Origin: Kiritimatiellia bacterium | GTDB taxonomy: Bacteria; Verrucomicrobiota; Kiritimatiellia; RFP12; JAAYLN01 | Direction: 5' to 3' | Assembly: GCA_045603485.1 (NCBI GenBank) | Contig: JAZUMF010000105.1 | Coordinates: forward strand, 1,903-65,902 | DNA length: 64,000 bases | The notes under the pieces: generated by a model | Databases searched by the model: none | Told to the model about the DNA's origin: nothing | What the model saw: only the letters and a program-made list of their open reading frames with translations | Translations under genes and position numbers: made by a program | Shown: positions 42,706-53,415 of the stretch, one piece after another | How positions within the stretch are numbered: the first letter of the stretch is position 1 | How the letters are laid out: every line of letters begins with the position of its first letter

Positions 42706-42958
42706 TCATTTCACACTTAAAACAAGCGAAATGGTGCAAATCGAGGAAGAAAGGACTTGGCAATAACCCTGTACTGCAACAACGAGCATTTGGAAACAAC
42801 AAAAACTACTATTCCCCCGCATAAATCGCTCTGAGTTGCCCAAGATAAAAAAGATCAAACGACCCAGTCAATCCACTACCCCTTGATTAAACCTCTTTTA
42901 CCGCCGTAATCAGGGCATAGCAACCACAGAATGCCACATACTTGGATTGGCTATCACA

Positions 42959-44446
42959 CTAGGAATTGCGCGGAGTCCTTTTATGGTGACGCGGTCTGTC
43001 GCCGCTATCACGATGCGAACCGTGGCTATTATTTGAATCGTGACGATTCTCTCTCTTCTTGGCTGGAGGGAGTGGTGCAAAAAGCGGATCGTCGTCCTGG
43101 AGCATAGTGGTCTTGAGAGGCTCTCCGATATACTCCTCAATATCGGGAATCACAAAAGACTCGTCTTCATCGGCAAAGGATACTGCCGTTCCTACCTGTC
43201 CAGCTCTTCCTGTACGACCTATGCGATGAACATAATCCTCTGCCTCGTATGGAAGCTCAAAATTGACTACGAGACCAATGTCGGCTATGTGGAGACCGCG
43301 CCCTGCCACATCAGTTGCAACAACGAGCTTTGTCGCCCCTGACTTGAAATTTTCAAGGACATGCATTCTTGCAGCTTGACTTACATTACCGGACAAAAGA
43401 TCGCAAGAAAAACCCTGAGAACGCAATCTCTCGGCCAAAGCGTCAGTACTTGTTCGACGATTGCCAAAAACAAGAACGCGCTCACCCTTATGCTCTTTAA
43501 GCAAATTGCAGAGAACCGTAAACTTTTGAGAGGAGGTTACGATAAAGACTCTTTGGTCGATATTCTGATTGGTGGTGCGCTCAGGCTCAATCTCAACCTT
43601 TACGGGATCTGGCATCCACTGCGAAGCCAATCGCATTACTTCATCGTTGAGCGTTGCACTGTAAAGCAATGTTTGCCTATCCTGAGGTAAAGCGCGGATG
43701 ATTTTGCGGACATCAGGGATAAAGCCCATATCGAGCATTCTGTCGGCTTCGTCGATTACGAGCGTATCAATCTTTGATAAATCGACGACATGCTGACGAA
43801 TGAAATCTATTAAACGGCCCGGCGTTGCTGCGAGGAGATCAACGGGACCCTCCTGGAGCATTTTTTGCTGTTTTGAGTAATCCATTCCTCCGAAAACGGC
43901 CATAGAGCGTAAATTGCAGTATTTACCCAAGGCCTGAGCGTCGGAACATATCTGAACGCAAAGCTCTCTTGTGGGTGCAATAACCAAAGCTCTTGGAGTT
44001 GCTGAATTATTCTGGCGTTTATCGGGAGTCCGCAAATATCGGGTCAATATTGCAACTAGGTATGCCGCTGTTTTGCCGGTTCCTGTCTGGGCACGACCTG
44101 CAACATTCAAGCCTGACATTGTCTTATCGAGACTGGCGGCCTGAATGGGAGTGCAATATCTGAAGCCTAAATCTGAAATCGCATGCATGATTTCAATAGG
44201 CAAATCAAAATCATGGAAGCGCTTCTTACCTTCTTGGGGCTCAACCTGGAAGGATTCGATAGACCAATTCGAAACTCGGTTCTTCTTTGGCTTATCTAAA
44301 AGCCGAGACTCCTTACGCCGCGAACCTGACGGTTTCTTGGAGGAAGGAGTCTTGTTTGAGGGAAATGCCCCGCCTTTTTTTGGCGAGGCATCCTTTGATG
44401 ATCTTCCCTTTTTGAAGAGGGAAACAATTTTTGCAAAAAAGCCCAT
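42959..44446 (-). CDS. DEAD-box ATP-dependent RNA helicase with basic N- and C-terminal tails
   Basis: Q-motif, AQTGTGKT, DEAD, SAT and HRIGRTGRAG are all present. Confidence 0.85.
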   Translation of the reverse strand: MGFFAKIVSLFKKGRSSKDASPKKGGAFPSNKTPSSKKPSGSRRKESRLLDKPKKNRVSNWSIESFQVEPQEGKKRFHDFDLPIEIMHAISDLGFRYCTPIQAASLDKTMSGLNVAGRAQTGTGKTAAYLVAILTRYLRTPDKRQNNSATPRALVIAPTRELCVQICSDAQALGKYCNLRSMAVFGGMDYSKQQKMLQEGPVDLLAATPGRLIDFIRQHVVDLSKIDTLVIDEADRMLDMGFIPDVRKIIRALPQDRQTLLYSATLNDEVMRLASQWMPDPVKVEIEPERTTNQNIDQRVFIVTSSQKFTVLCNLLKEHKGERVLVFGNRRTSTDALAERLRSQGFSCDLLSGNVSQAARMHVLENFKSGATKLVVATDVAGRGLHIADIGLVVNFELPYEAEDYVHRIGRTGRAGQVGTAVSFADEDESFVIPDIEEYIGEPLKTTMLQDDDPLFAPLPPAKKRENRHDSNNSHGSHRDSGDRPRHHKRTPRNS

Positions 44447-44841
44447 TAGCGCTTGGAGAACTGGAAGCGACGGCGTGCACCGGGCTGACCTGGCTTCTTA
44501 CGTTCCTTCATACGAGGATCGCGGGTAAGGCAACCTGCAGCCTTGAGGGTTGCGCGGTATGCTTCGCGGTCTGCCTCGCAGAGGGCGCGTGCAAGAGCGT
44601 GGCGGATAGCGCCAGCCTGACCAGATGTTCCGCCACCGGAGGTGTAAGCGATGACATCAAACTTCTCAGTTGTTTCGGTGAGGTTAAGGGGCTGTGCCAT
44701 AAAGGCGCGGGTTGCCTCACTTGGGAAGAGCTCTGCAACTTCACGGCCGTTTACGGACCACTTGCCGGTTCCGGCAGCTAAGCGAACGCGAGCGACAGCG
44801 GTCTTCCTGCGACCAGTAGCTTGTGCGATAATCGTGGACAT
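44446..44841 (-). CDS. rpsI: 30S ribosomal protein S9
   Basis: 131 aa with a C-terminal ...[12 protein letters not shown], typical of S9. Confidence 0.9.
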   Translation of the reverse strand: MSTIIAQATGRRKTAVARVRLAAGTGKWSVNGREVAELFPSEATRAFMAQPLNLTETTEKFDVIAYTSGGGTSGQAGAIRHALARALCEADREAYRATLKAAGCLTRDPRMKERKKPGQPGARRRFQFSKR

Positions 44842-44871
44842 AATTTCCTCTTTCGTTACTTTGCCGGACGA

Positions 44872-45303
44872 TTAGATGAGCTCAACGGCACGGGGCTTCT
44901 GTGCGGCATGAGTGTGCTCAGGGCCAACGAAAATACGAAGGCGCTTCATCATGCGGCGGCAGAGGTGATTGCCAGGAAGCATACCGAAAACAGCCTGCTC
45001 GACGAGGCGCTTTGGCTCGCGCTCACGAACCTGCTCAGCCGTCATTGTGCGACGGCCGGCACGCCATCCGGTGTAGGTCTGGTAAATCTTCTGCTGCTCT
45101 TTTGAGCCTGAAAGCTTTACTTTCTCAGCGTTGATGACAACGACGAAATCACCGGTGTCAACCATTGGTGAGAAGGTGGGCTTATTCTTGCCACGAAGAT
45201 GGTTTGCAATCTCGACAGCGAGGCGGCCGAGGGGTTTATCAGCGGCGTCAACGAGAATCCACTCGCGGTTGGCACCGGGATCTTTGGGAAGGAAGGACTT
45301 CAT
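44872..45303 (-). CDS. rplM: 50S ribosomal protein L13
   Basis: 143 aa; N-terminal MKSFLPK...REWILVDAADKPLGRLA. Confidence 0.9.
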   Translation of the reverse strand: MKSFLPKDPGANREWILVDAADKPLGRLAVEIANHLRGKNKPTFSPMVDTGDFVVVINAEKVKLSGSKEQQKIYQTYTGWRAGRRTMTAEQVREREPKRLVEQAVFGMLPGNHLCRRMMKRLRIFVGPEHTHAAQKPRAVELI

Positions 45304-45331
45304 GATCTTACTTCTTTTCCTAAGGGGTTAG

Positions 45332-45736
45332 TTATGCCTTGGCGGGTTCTTCGACAGGCTCGGGGGTGACGACAGCCTTGGGAGCCGCGACCCACTCGAG
45401 GATGGCCATCTCTGCAGCGTCACCACGACGGGTACCCGTCTTGATGATGCGAGTATAACCACCGGGACGACCGTCCATAGCGGGGACAACAGCGTCAAAG
45501 AGCTTGCTGACAGCCTCAGGATTGCGGAGGCGAGCAGCAGCGAGACGACGAGAAGCAAGCGTTCCCTTACGGGCGAGCGTTACCATCTTCTCTGCATCAC
45601 GACGAGCCTGCTTGGCCTTGGGAAGGGTCGTGATGATACGATCGTTTAGAATCAAGTTTGCGACAAGTGATTCCATCAAAGCTTTACGATGGGACATCGA
45701 CCTGCCGAATTTCTTAGCAATGCATTTATGTCGCAT
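45332..45736 (-). CDS. rplQ: 50S ribosomal protein L17
   Basis: MRHK...GRSMSHRKALM is the L17 N-terminal signature. Confidence 0.9.
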   Translation of the reverse strand: MRHKCIAKKFGRSMSHRKALMESLVANLILNDRIITTLPKAKQARRDAEKMVTLARKGTLASRRLAAARLRNPEAVSKLFDAVVPAMDGRPGGYTRIIKTGTRRGDAAEMAILEWVAAPKAVVTPEPVEEPAKA

Positions 45737-45765
45737 GACAGCACTCTTTTCTCAAAAATGTGTTA

Positions 45766-46818
45766 CTAGGCGTTGCGGTAGGGAGCAAGGAGCGCGGGGT
45801 CAATCGCGTTGATATCTGCCAAACCAAGATCTTTGAGCTTGTCACGAATTTCATCAAGTGACTTTTGACCAAAGTTACGGTACTGGAGCATCTCTTCCTC
45901 TGACTTGCAGGCAAGGGCACCGACTGTCTCGATCTTCTCTCTGTTCAAGCAGTTCGAAGAACGGACGCTAAGCTCAAGCTCGCTAATCTTCATAGCAAGG
46001 ATAGCGCGAATCTTTTCGGCATCCTTTGATGCACCATTGGATGAGGCAGAAGACTGAACACCCACTTTTTCAATGCGCTCGGGAAGGGCTTCAGACGAGA
46101 TTACCGTGCCGACGAATACATCAAAGTGGCGACGGATCAACTCTGCACCGGTGTGCAAAGCCTCGTCAGGGGTAATACGACCATCGGTCCAAACCTCGAG
46201 GACAAGCTTCTCATAGTCTGTTCTGTCGCCAACACGCTTCGCATCTGCGGAGAAATTGACGCGGGTAACAGGTGAGTGGATGCTGTCTATTGGAATGAGA
46301 CCAATAATCTGATCGTCAGGACGATTCCAATTGGCGGGATGGAAACCATAACCCTTTGCAATCTCGGCTTCGAGCTCAAACTCGCCACCAGCGGCAACTG
46401 TGGCGATAGGAAGCTCAGGGTTGACGATTGTGACGGCATTTTGAGCCTCGAAATCGCCAGCCGTGACTGTGCAAGGTCCCTTCTTGCTGATGGTGATCCG
46501 CTCAGGAATCGAGCCAACAGTCTTGATAAGAACCTGCTTAAGGGCGATGATGATGTCCGTCACGTCTTCTGCAATGCCCTTAACTGTGGTAAACTCGTGG
46601 TCTGCACCCTTGATGCGGACTGCGGTGATTGCCACACCCTCGATTGAGGAGAGGAGAACGCGACGGAGTGCAATACCGACCGTCTGCGCGTAGCCGTTCT
46701 CAAATGGACCAGCCTCATAGCGAGCATAGTTGTCGGTAGCTGTAGCTTCGTCTTTCTGCACGCCCTCGGGCATATAAAACTTAATCTCTGACATGGTGGA
46801 AACCCTTTCGCTCTCCAC
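45766..46818 (-). CDS. rpoA: DNA-directed RNA polymerase subunit alpha
   Basis: 350 aa with an N-terminal dimerisation domain and a C-terminal alpha-CTD (...LELSVRSSNCL...); sits in the alpha operon. Confidence 0.9.
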   Translation of the reverse strand: MESERVSTMSEIKFYMPEGVQKDEATATDNYARYEAGPFENGYAQTVGIALRRVLLSSIEGVAITAVRIKGADHEFTTVKGIAEDVTDIIIALKQVLIKTVGSIPERITISKKGPCTVTAGDFEAQNAVTIVNPELPIATVAAGGEFELEAEIAKGYGFHPANWNRPDDQIIGLIPIDSIHSPVTRVNFSADAKRVGDRTDYEKLVLEVWTDGRITPDEALHTGAELIRRHFDVFVGTVISSEALPERIEKVGVQSSASSNGASKDAEKIRAILAMKISELELSVRSSNCLNREKIETVGALACKSEEEMLQYRNFGQKSLDEIRDKLKDLGLADINAIDPALLAPYRNA

Positions 46819-46850
46819 GCTAGGCGATTAACTCGCCTGGCGTGAGTAAA

Positions 46851-47480
46851 CTACCTGGAGTAGAGTTCGACGATCGCCTGCTCGTCTGCGACGGGGGCGA
46901 TTTCTTCGCGGGTTGGAACGCTGAGGATCTCGCCGCGGAAAGCCTTGGGATCAATGCTAATCCAAGAAGGCATCTGAGCCTGTGTGGCGGCCTCAAGTGA
47001 ACGAGCGGCCTCGTCACGACTACGCTGACGATTGCGGACCTCAATCACATCGCCGACCTTGACGCGCATCGAAGGGATGTTTGCCGTGTGGCCATTGATA
47101 GCAATGTGCTTGTGAAGTACAAACTGACGAGCAGCTGGACGGGAGGGAGCCAAACCCATACGATAGACTACATTGTCAAGACGCATCTCGAGGTTGACGA
47201 GAAGGTTGACACCAGTAACACCCTTGGCGCGGAGGGCGTTCTCGAAGAAACGATGGAACTGACCTTCCTGCATGCCATACTGGCGACGTAGTTTCTGCTT
47301 TTCACGGAGCTGAATGCCGTAATCTGAAGCCTTGCGGCCTCTCTTGGCGCCATGGACGCCAGGGGCATTGCGCCCCTTATCTATTGCGCACTTGCCAGAG
47401 TAGCAACGTGCACCCTTGAGGAATAATTTTGTGCCGGCTCTGCGACACATCCTGCAAGAAGGACCGGAATACCTGCCCAT
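46851..47480 (-). CDS. rpsD: 30S ribosomal protein S4 (Zn-ribbon type)
   Basis: MGRYSGPSCRMCRRAGTKLFLKGARCYSGKCA. Confidence 0.9.
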   Translation of the reverse strand: MGRYSGPSCRMCRRAGTKLFLKGARCYSGKCAIDKGRNAPGVHGAKRGRKASDYGIQLREKQKLRRQYGMQEGQFHRFFENALRAKGVTGVNLLVNLEMRLDNVVYRMGLAPSRPAARQFVLHKHIAINGHTANIPSMRVKVGDVIEVRNRQRSRDEAARSLEAATQAQMPSWISIDPKAFRGEILSVPTREEIAPVADEQAIVELYSR

Positions 47481-47984
47481 TTATACTCTCCTGCGTTTAC
47501 GAGCACGGCAGCCGTTATGAGGTACTGCAGTGCAGTCGCGAATCATGCTCACCTGGATGCCAGCATTCTGGATGGCACGAACTGCAGACTCGCGTCCGGC
47601 ACCTGCGCCATGAATACGGACTTCAACCTCGTGCATACCCTTGGCAACAGCCTGACGGGCAGCATCCTGTGCAATCATCGTAGCAGCAAAGGCCGTAGAC
47701 TTGCGTGAACCGCGGAAACCAGCCTTACCAGCTGAGCTCCAGGAGATCACACCGCCACGAGCGTCTGCAATTGAGACGATTGTGTTGTTGAAGGTCGCCT
47801 TAATGAAGGCAATCCCGGCAGGAATGCTCTTGCCGCGGGACTTCTTGCCCTTAGCCTTTGCATCCTCGCCATCGGCGGTAGAGGCGGCCGCGACATCAGG
47901 CCCGCCCATGTTCAAGACAGCCATTGCCTCGCTTCTTGCTTCGTCAACAGGCTGTTCTTCCTTACGATCGATTTCTTCGCTCAT
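47481..47984 (-). CDS. rpsK: 30S ribosomal protein S11 (with ~35-aa acidic N-terminal extension, or internal start)
   Basis: Core ...[16 protein letters not shown]...[13 protein letters not shown]... Confidence 0.85.
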   Translation of the reverse strand: MSEEIDRKEEQPVDEARSEAMAVLNMGGPDVAAASTADGEDAKAKGKKSRGKSIPAGIAFIKATFNNTIVSIADARGGVISWSSAGKAGFRGSRKSTAFAATMIAQDAARQAVAKGMHEVEVRIHGAGAGRESAVRAIQNAGIQVSMIRDCTAVPHNGCRARKRRRV

Positions 47985-47998
47985 GCGTCAATCCTCCG

Positions 47999-48400
47999 TT
48001 ATGCGCCGGCCTTCATTGCCTTACGCTCTTCCTTGTCACGAACCGCGCTCACGGTCTTCTTTCCACCCTTGCGGGTACGAGCGTTCGTCTTTGTGCGCTG
48101 ACCACGGCAGGGCAATCCGCGACGGTGACGCTGACCGCGGTAAGAGCCCGTGCTGATGAGGCGACGGATATTCTGGGAAACTTCACGACGAAGATCGCCT
48201 TCGACGCGATAGTTCTCCTGAATGAACGCAATAATCTGACGGAGCTCGTCAGCAGTTAGCAACTCTGCGTGCTTCGACGCATCAATGTTGCATGCGGCCA
48301 CGATCTCGTTGGCCCTTTTAGGACCGATTCCATGGATGTAGCGTAGAGCATAATCTACGCGCTTCTTTCCAGGAACGTCCACACCTACTATTCTTGGCAT
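47999..48400 (-). CDS. rpsM: 30S ribosomal protein S13
   Basis: MPRIVGVDVPGKKRV... and a basic C-terminus. Confidence 0.9.
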   Translation of the reverse strand: MPRIVGVDVPGKKRVDYALRYIHGIGPKRANEIVAACNIDASKHAELLTADELRQIIAFIQENYRVEGDLRREVSQNIRRLISTGSYRGQRHRRGLPCRGQRTKTNARTRKGGKKTVSAVRDKEERKAMKAGA

Positions 48401-48414
48401 GGTAATATCTCCAG

Positions 48415-48528
48415 TTATCCTTGACGCTGTTTATGACGGGGATTGGTGCAGCACACACGCACAACACCCTTGCGTCGCACAATCCTGCAACGCTCGCAAA
48501 TCCTACGAACTGAACTCTTCACCTTCAT
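48415..48528 (-). CDS. rpmJ: 50S ribosomal protein L36
   Basis: Manual translation gives [37 protein letters not shown] (37 aa, Zn-ribbon type). It is not in the ORF track because it is under 60 aa. Confidence 0.9.
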   Translation of the reverse strand: MKVKSSVRRICERCRIVRRKGVVRVCCTNPRHKQRQG

Positions 48529-48647
48529 GGCGTGTTCTCCGCTTACTCTTTCCCTAATTGAAAAAAACTAGACAAATAGTTTACCTAAATTAGCAAATTT
48601 TGTCCACTAAAAAATTTACGAGGCATTCCGAACCCTTTCGGTCCCCT

Positions 48648-49403
48648 TTAATCTTCCCTAGGAGTGAGGATTTCCGCACCTCCGGGGACGATTGCAATCG
48701 TATGCTCAAAATGCGCTGCGGGGAGCCCATCTCGAGTTACGACCGTCCACTCGTCACTCAGCACCTCTATACGAGGAGAGCCTCGTGTCAGCATCGGTTC
48801 TATGCAAAAGACCATTCCTTCCTCAAGTACTGGACCTCGACCCGGTTTGCCGAAGTTTGGAACTTGGGGCTCTTCATGCATTGAGCGACCAATGCCGTGA
48901 CCGACAAACTCGCGAACTACTCCGCATTTGCCGGCACGAGCGACCTGCTCTACTGCAGCCGAGACATCAGAAAGCCTTCTTCCTGGTGCCGCTGCCGCAA
49001 TTCCTGCCGCAAGGGCAGATTTTGTCACCTGAAGCAACTCTTCCGTTTCAGGCGGCACATCACCTATCGCAACTGTCACGGCATTGTCGCCATGATAGCC
49101 ACGATAATTCACAACCACATCCAGACTGACGATATCACCTAAGCGAATAACTCTTTTTCCGGGTATGCCGTGAATAACCTCCTCGTTTACCGATACGCAA
49201 AGAGCTCCCGGGAAACCGCAGTAGCCAAGCGTTGAACTTTCTGCTCCAAGACCTCTTGTGGTCTTGAGACAAATCGCATCAATATCGGCGGTAGTCATAC
49301 CGGGCTCGAGGCTTTCCCGGCAGACTCGAAGTACTTCAGCCGCTAAACGACCTGCTTCGCGCATGCCGTCAAGGGCTTTGCCTTTTTTAAGGGCGATTTT
49401 CAC
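48648..49403 (-). CDS. map: Methionine aminopeptidase type I
   Basis: 251 aa with metal ligands in ...HGIGR...FCIEPM... contexts. Confidence 0.85.
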   Translation of the reverse strand: MKIALKKGKALDGMREAGRLAAEVLRVCRESLEPGMTTADIDAICLKTTRGLGAESSTLGYCGFPGALCVSVNEEVIHGIPGKRVIRLGDIVSLDVVVNYRGYHGDNAVTVAIGDVPPETEELLQVTKSALAAGIAAAAPGRRLSDVSAAVEQVARAGKCGVVREFVGHGIGRSMHEEPQVPNFGKPGRGPVLEEGMVFCIEPMLTRGSPRIEVLSDEWTVVTRDGLPAAHFEHTIAIVPGGAEILTPRED

Positions 49404-49404
49404 C

Positions 49405-50058
49405 TTACTCCGAAATGGCTTTTGCGACCTTTGCCGCTACTTCGTCGGCATCGCCTACACCGTCAATCTTGGTCAAAACACCCTTTGATTCATACCAGCC
49501 GAGCAATGATGCTGTCTTTTCGTGGTAAATCTTGAGGCGATTGGCAACATTTTCCGGGGCGTCATCCGGGCGCTGAACGAGTTCAGCTCCGCAGGCATCG
49601 CAAATTCCGTCAACTTTAGGCTTCATGGTTTCGACATGGAATCCGGCACCGCACTTTGGACAGGTGCGACGGCCTGAAAGGCGACCAACTAGGATATCTT
49701 CGCCAACCTCAAGCCAAATTGCCTTTGAAACCTTCTCCCCGTTCTTGGCAAGCTCTGCTTCAAGGAACGCAGCCTGCTTTTCATTACGGGGATAGCCGTC
49801 AAGAAGAAAATATTCGTACTCGCCCTTGCACTTGCCAAGCTGTTCGATAACAAGCGCGCCGACGATTTCGTCTGAAACCAGCTCGCCTTTTTTCATCGTC
49901 TCGGCGACGGACTTGGCGAGGGGTGAATCCGCATTGGCAGCGGCAGCGCGAAGCAAATCGCCAGTTGAGACATGCTTCAAGGGAAGAGTCTTCACAAGAC
50001 GAGCCGCTACGGTACCTTTACCGGAGCCGGGGGCTCCAAGAATTGCAACAATCTTCAT
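49405..50058 (-). CDS. adk: Adenylate kinase (Zn-lid type)
   Basis: GAPGSGKGT P-loop and a lid with CPKCG...CDACG. Confidence 0.9.
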   Translation of the reverse strand: MKIVAILGAPGSGKGTVAARLVKTLPLKHVSTGDLLRAAAANADSPLAKSVAETMKKGELVSDEIVGALVIEQLGKCKGEYEYFLLDGYPRNEKQAAFLEAELAKNGEKVSKAIWLEVGEDILVGRLSGRRTCPKCGAGFHVETMKPKVDGICDACGAELVQRPDDAPENVANRLKIYHEKTASLLGWYESKGVLTKIDGVGDADEVAAKVAKAISE

Positions 50059-50062
50059 TAAA

Positions 50063-51424
50063 TTATCTCCTTGCCTGAATGCGACCGTGCTTTAAGAAGC
50101 CATCATAGTGACGCATTGTAAGATAGGATTCCATCTGGCGAAGCGTATCAAGCGCAACACCGACGATAATCAAAAGTGATGTACCACCGAAGAAGCTTGC
50201 CATTTCCCAAGGAAGCTGCAGGTGTGCATTAAGAAGGTTGGGGAAGATAGCAACGATGATTAGTCCGATTGCGCCAATCAATGTGACGCGGGACATTGTG
50301 TGGTCGAGGAACTCTGCAGTTGCACGACCAGGACGAATGCCAGGGACATAACCACCGGTGCGCTTCAAATCGTCAGCAATGCGTACGGCATTGAATTGGG
50401 TAGCGACCCAGAAGAAAGAGAAGAAGAGAACGAGCAAAGAGAAGGAGATGATGTATGCCCAGCTGGTACCGTTGACAAGAGCCTGACCAATGCTGTTGAG
50501 CCACATAAACTTGGGAGCGGTGATCTTGGTCAAGAGCATACCGGGTATGCTGAGAATCGGACCGGCAAAGATGATGGGCATAACGCCAGAGAAGTTTACG
50601 CGAAGCGGCATATAGTTTGCCATGCCGCCGTAAGCACTTGCTCCGGCAGAACGACGGGCCGAATGAATCTGAACCTTGCGGACACCTTGCGTTAGCATCA
50701 CAGTACCGGCACAGACAAGGAAACCTACGAGGAGAAGAAGGATAAGCTCGAAGAAGGAATTGGTCGCCTGCTTTGAGAAATAACGGCTCCATGCATCATA
50801 GATAGCCATCGGAAGGCGGGAGCAGATGTTAATCATGATGATTAGCGAAATGCCGTTACCGATACCGCGGGCGGTAATCTGATCGCCGAGCCACATTACG
50901 AGCATTGCCGCTGTGGTCATGGAGATAATGGTGAGAATCTCAAATCCGAATCCAGGATTTGATACGAGTGTAATTCCTTCCATTCCAAGATAGGCGGGAT
51001 TTTCAAGACCGCGTGCGATGAACCAGCCTTGGAAAATGCAAATTACAATCGTGAAATAACGAGTCCACTGATTGAGTCTCTGGCGACCTGCCTCACCGTC
51101 ACGCGCCATACGCTCAAGAGCGGGAATAATGGCCGTCATAAGCTGCAAGATAATTGATGCACTGATGTACGGCCATATTCCTAAAAAGCCAACCGAGCAC
51201 TTCCCGAGTGCACCACCCGAGAAGACATCAAGCATTCCCATTAGACCACCTGTGGTTCCAGAAGCCTCACGGAAGCGTTCAAGTGCTTCTGCCAATGCGC
51301 TCCAATTAACACCTGGTGTCGGTATCATCGAAACCAAACGGCAAATGGCAACGAGACCGAGCGTAAAAAGGATGCGTTTCTTTAACTCTGGAACTTTGAA
51401 TGTATTGGCGAATGCTTGTAGCAT
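50063..51424 (-). CDS. secY: Preprotein translocase subunit SecY
   Basis: 453 aa with 10 TM segments; positioned after rplO. Confidence 0.9.
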   Translation of the reverse strand: MLQAFANTFKVPELKKRILFTLGLVAICRLVSMIPTPGVNWSALAEALERFREASGTTGGLMGMLDVFSGGALGKCSVGFLGIWPYISASIILQLMTAIIPALERMARDGEAGRQRLNQWTRYFTIVICIFQGWFIARGLENPAYLGMEGITLVSNPGFGFEILTIISMTTAAMLVMWLGDQITARGIGNGISLIIMINICSRLPMAIYDAWSRYFSKQATNSFFELILLLLVGFLVCAGTVMLTQGVRKVQIHSARRSAGASAYGGMANYMPLRVNFSGVMPIIFAGPILSIPGMLLTKITAPKFMWLNSIGQALVNGTSWAYIISFSLLVLFFSFFWVATQFNAVRIADDLKRTGGYVPGIRPGRATAEFLDHTMSRVTLIGAIGLIIVAIFPNLLNAHLQLPWEMASFFGGTSLLIIVGVALDTLRQMESYLTMRHYDGFLKHGRIQARR

Positions 51425-51448
51425 GGCTGGTTCCCCGATTTAGGTTGA

Positions 51449-51883
51449 TTAGACTACTTCGCACTTGCCGCCGGCAGCCTCGATCTTGGCCTTGGCGGAC
51501 TCAGAGAAGGCGTGAGCCTTGACTGTGAGAGCAACCTTGATTTCACCGGCGCCAAGAATCTTGACACGGCAGCCATCAAAAAGACCCTCTGCTGCGAGCA
51601 TGCAAGGTGTGACCTCGCTACCAGCCTCAAACTTATTGAGGGATGCGACATTGACACCAAAGAAGGGGCAACGGGCTGGGTTCTTGAATCCGCGCTTTGG
51701 AAGGCGACGGAGAAGCGGCATCTGGCCACCTTCGAAGCCGAGCTTCGACTTGTGACCCTTGCGAGCATACTGACCCTTATGACCGCGACCTGATGTTTTA
51801 CCGAGACCAGAGGCGCGACCGCGACCGCGACGCTTGGCAGTCTTACGGGCTCCTGGTTCGTTTGTTAGGCTATGCAAATCCAT
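51449..51883 (-). CDS. rplO: 50S ribosomal protein L15
   Basis: ...[21 protein letters not shown]... Gly/Arg-rich N-terminus. Confidence 0.9.
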   Translation of the reverse strand: MDLHSLTNEPGARKTAKRRGRGRASGLGKTSGRGHKGQYARKGHKSKLGFEGGQMPLLRRLPKRGFKNPARCPFFGVNVASLNKFEAGSEVTPCMLAAEGLFDGCRVKILGAGEIKVALTVKAHAFSESAKAKIEAAGGKCEVV

Positions 51884-51937
51884 TGTGTATATCTCCGGGG
51901 CGACCCATTGTCATGAAGTCGCCCTCTATTATTGGGA

Positions 51938-52447
51938 TTAGGCGCGAGATTCTGCAAGAGCCTCTGCAGAGCGGAGCTGACGGAGAGCGTCAACTGTTGC
52001 CTTGACAACATTGAGGCGGTTCTTGCTACCGAGCGACTTGCCCACGACGTCACGGACGCCAGCGGCTTCGAGGACGGGGCGCATGCCGCCGCCACAGATA
52101 ACACCCGAACCGTCGGGAGCGGGCTTGAGGAGTACGCGACCGCCGTCTGCGTTGCCGAATACCTCATGAGGAATCGTACGACCCTTCATGGTGACAGGCA
52201 TCATATCGCGACGGGCTGCTTCGCCACCCTTGCGGATTGCCTCGGAAACCTCATTGGCCTTACCGAAGCCGAAACCGACGCGACCTTCGCGGTCACCGAC
52301 TACGACGACAGCTGAGAATGACATGCGACGACCGCCCTTGACGGTCTTGGCGCAACGGTTGACGAAAACTACGCGCTCATCAAACTCGTTTGCAGCCTGG
52401 GGTGCATTCTGGCGCGGACGGCGCTTTTCACCTTGTTCCATAGCCAT
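51938..52447 (-). CDS. rpsE: 30S ribosomal protein S5
   Basis: ...[18 protein letters not shown]...; no rpmD (L30) gene follows it. Confidence 0.9.
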   Translation of the reverse strand: MAMEQGEKRRPRQNAPQAANEFDERVVFVNRCAKTVKGGRRMSFSAVVVVGDREGRVGFGFGKANEVSEAIRKGGEAARRDMMPVTMKGRTIPHEVFGNADGGRVLLKPAPDGSGVICGGGMRPVLEAAGVRDVVGKSLGSKNRLNVVKATVDALRQLRSAEALAESRA

Positions 52448-52450
52448 GGC

Positions 52451-52837
52451 TTACTTAGCCTCCTCTTCGGTTTCAGTGGCGGAGATAGCTTTCTCCGAAA
52501 TCTTGAGACCAGCCTCGACGGCAGACTCAACGAGAGCCTGGACGCGACCGTGGAAATCAAAACCGCCACGATCGACGACGACGAGAGAAATACCCTTGGC
52601 CTGAGCGACCTCAGCGGCCTTGCGACCGGCCTCAGTAGCGGCGGCAACATTGAGTTTGCCGTCCTTGCCAACGGTTGAGAAGGCTGCGAGAGTCTTCTCG
52701 GCTTCGTCATCGATGAACTGAACCGTGATATTGCGGTTTGAGAAGTACAGGGACATGCGGGGACGAGCAGCTGTGCCCTTCACCTTCTGGCGAAGGCGCT
52801 GATGGCGAACCCGACGCTGTTCAATGCGATTCTTCAT
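52451..52837 (-). CDS. rplR: 50S ribosomal protein L18
   Basis: Position, size and basic N-terminus. Confidence 0.85.
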   Translation of the reverse strand: MKNRIEQRRVRHQRLRQKVKGTAARPRMSLYFSNRNITVQFIDDEAEKTLAAFSTVGKDGKLNVAAATEAGRKAAEVAQAKGISLVVVDRGGFDFHGRVQALVESAVEAGLKISEKAISATETEEEAK

Positions 52838-52862
52838 GTGATTAAAAACCTTTCAGGCCGCG

Positions 52863-53402
52863 TTAGGCCATCTTCTTACCCTGCTTGCGGCGGATAACTT
52901 CGCCGACATACTTAACACCCTTGCCTTTGTAAGGCTCAGCGGGATAGAAGCTACGAATGCGAGCTGCAGCGAGACCGACGAGCTCCTTGCTTGCACCTTC
53001 GACGGTGACGATAACGCCATCCTTGCCGACGGTAGCCTTGATGCCTTCAGGAATGGTGTATTCCTTGGCAGAAGCGAAGCCGAGGGAGAGAAGAAGCTTG
53101 TTGCCCTGAAGGACGGCCTTGAAACCGGTACCTTCAATGGAAAGCTCCTTTTTGAAGCCCTTGGAAACGCCCTCAATCATGTTGGCGCAAAGGGTGCGGC
53201 TGAGGCCGTGGAGGCTCTTCTGCTCGCGGCTGTCATCCTTGCGGGTATAGATGACAAAGCCATCCTTGACCTCTGCATTGATGCCAGCGGGAATCTCACG
53301 GCTGAGTTCGCCGAGCTGACCCTTGACAGTAACCTTGCCGTCTGCAACTGTGACGGTGACGCCAGATGGAATTGCTACTGGTTGTTTTCCGATTTTCGAC
53401 AT
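52863..53402 (-). CDS. rplF: 50S ribosomal protein L6
   Basis: The start is set at MSKIGKQPV (typical L6); the ORF-track start at 53474 would add 24 aa and overlap rpsH. Confidence 0.85.
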   Translation of the reverse strand: MSKIGKQPVAIPSGVTVTVADGKVTVKGQLGELSREIPAGINAEVKDGFVIYTRKDDSREQKSLHGLSRTLCANMIEGVSKGFKKELSIEGTGFKAVLQGNKLLLSLGFASAKEYTIPEGIKATVGKDGVIVTVEGASKELVGLAAARIRSFYPAEPYKGKGVKYVGEVIRRKQGKKMA

Positions 53403-53415
53403 GGCTACTTCCTTT

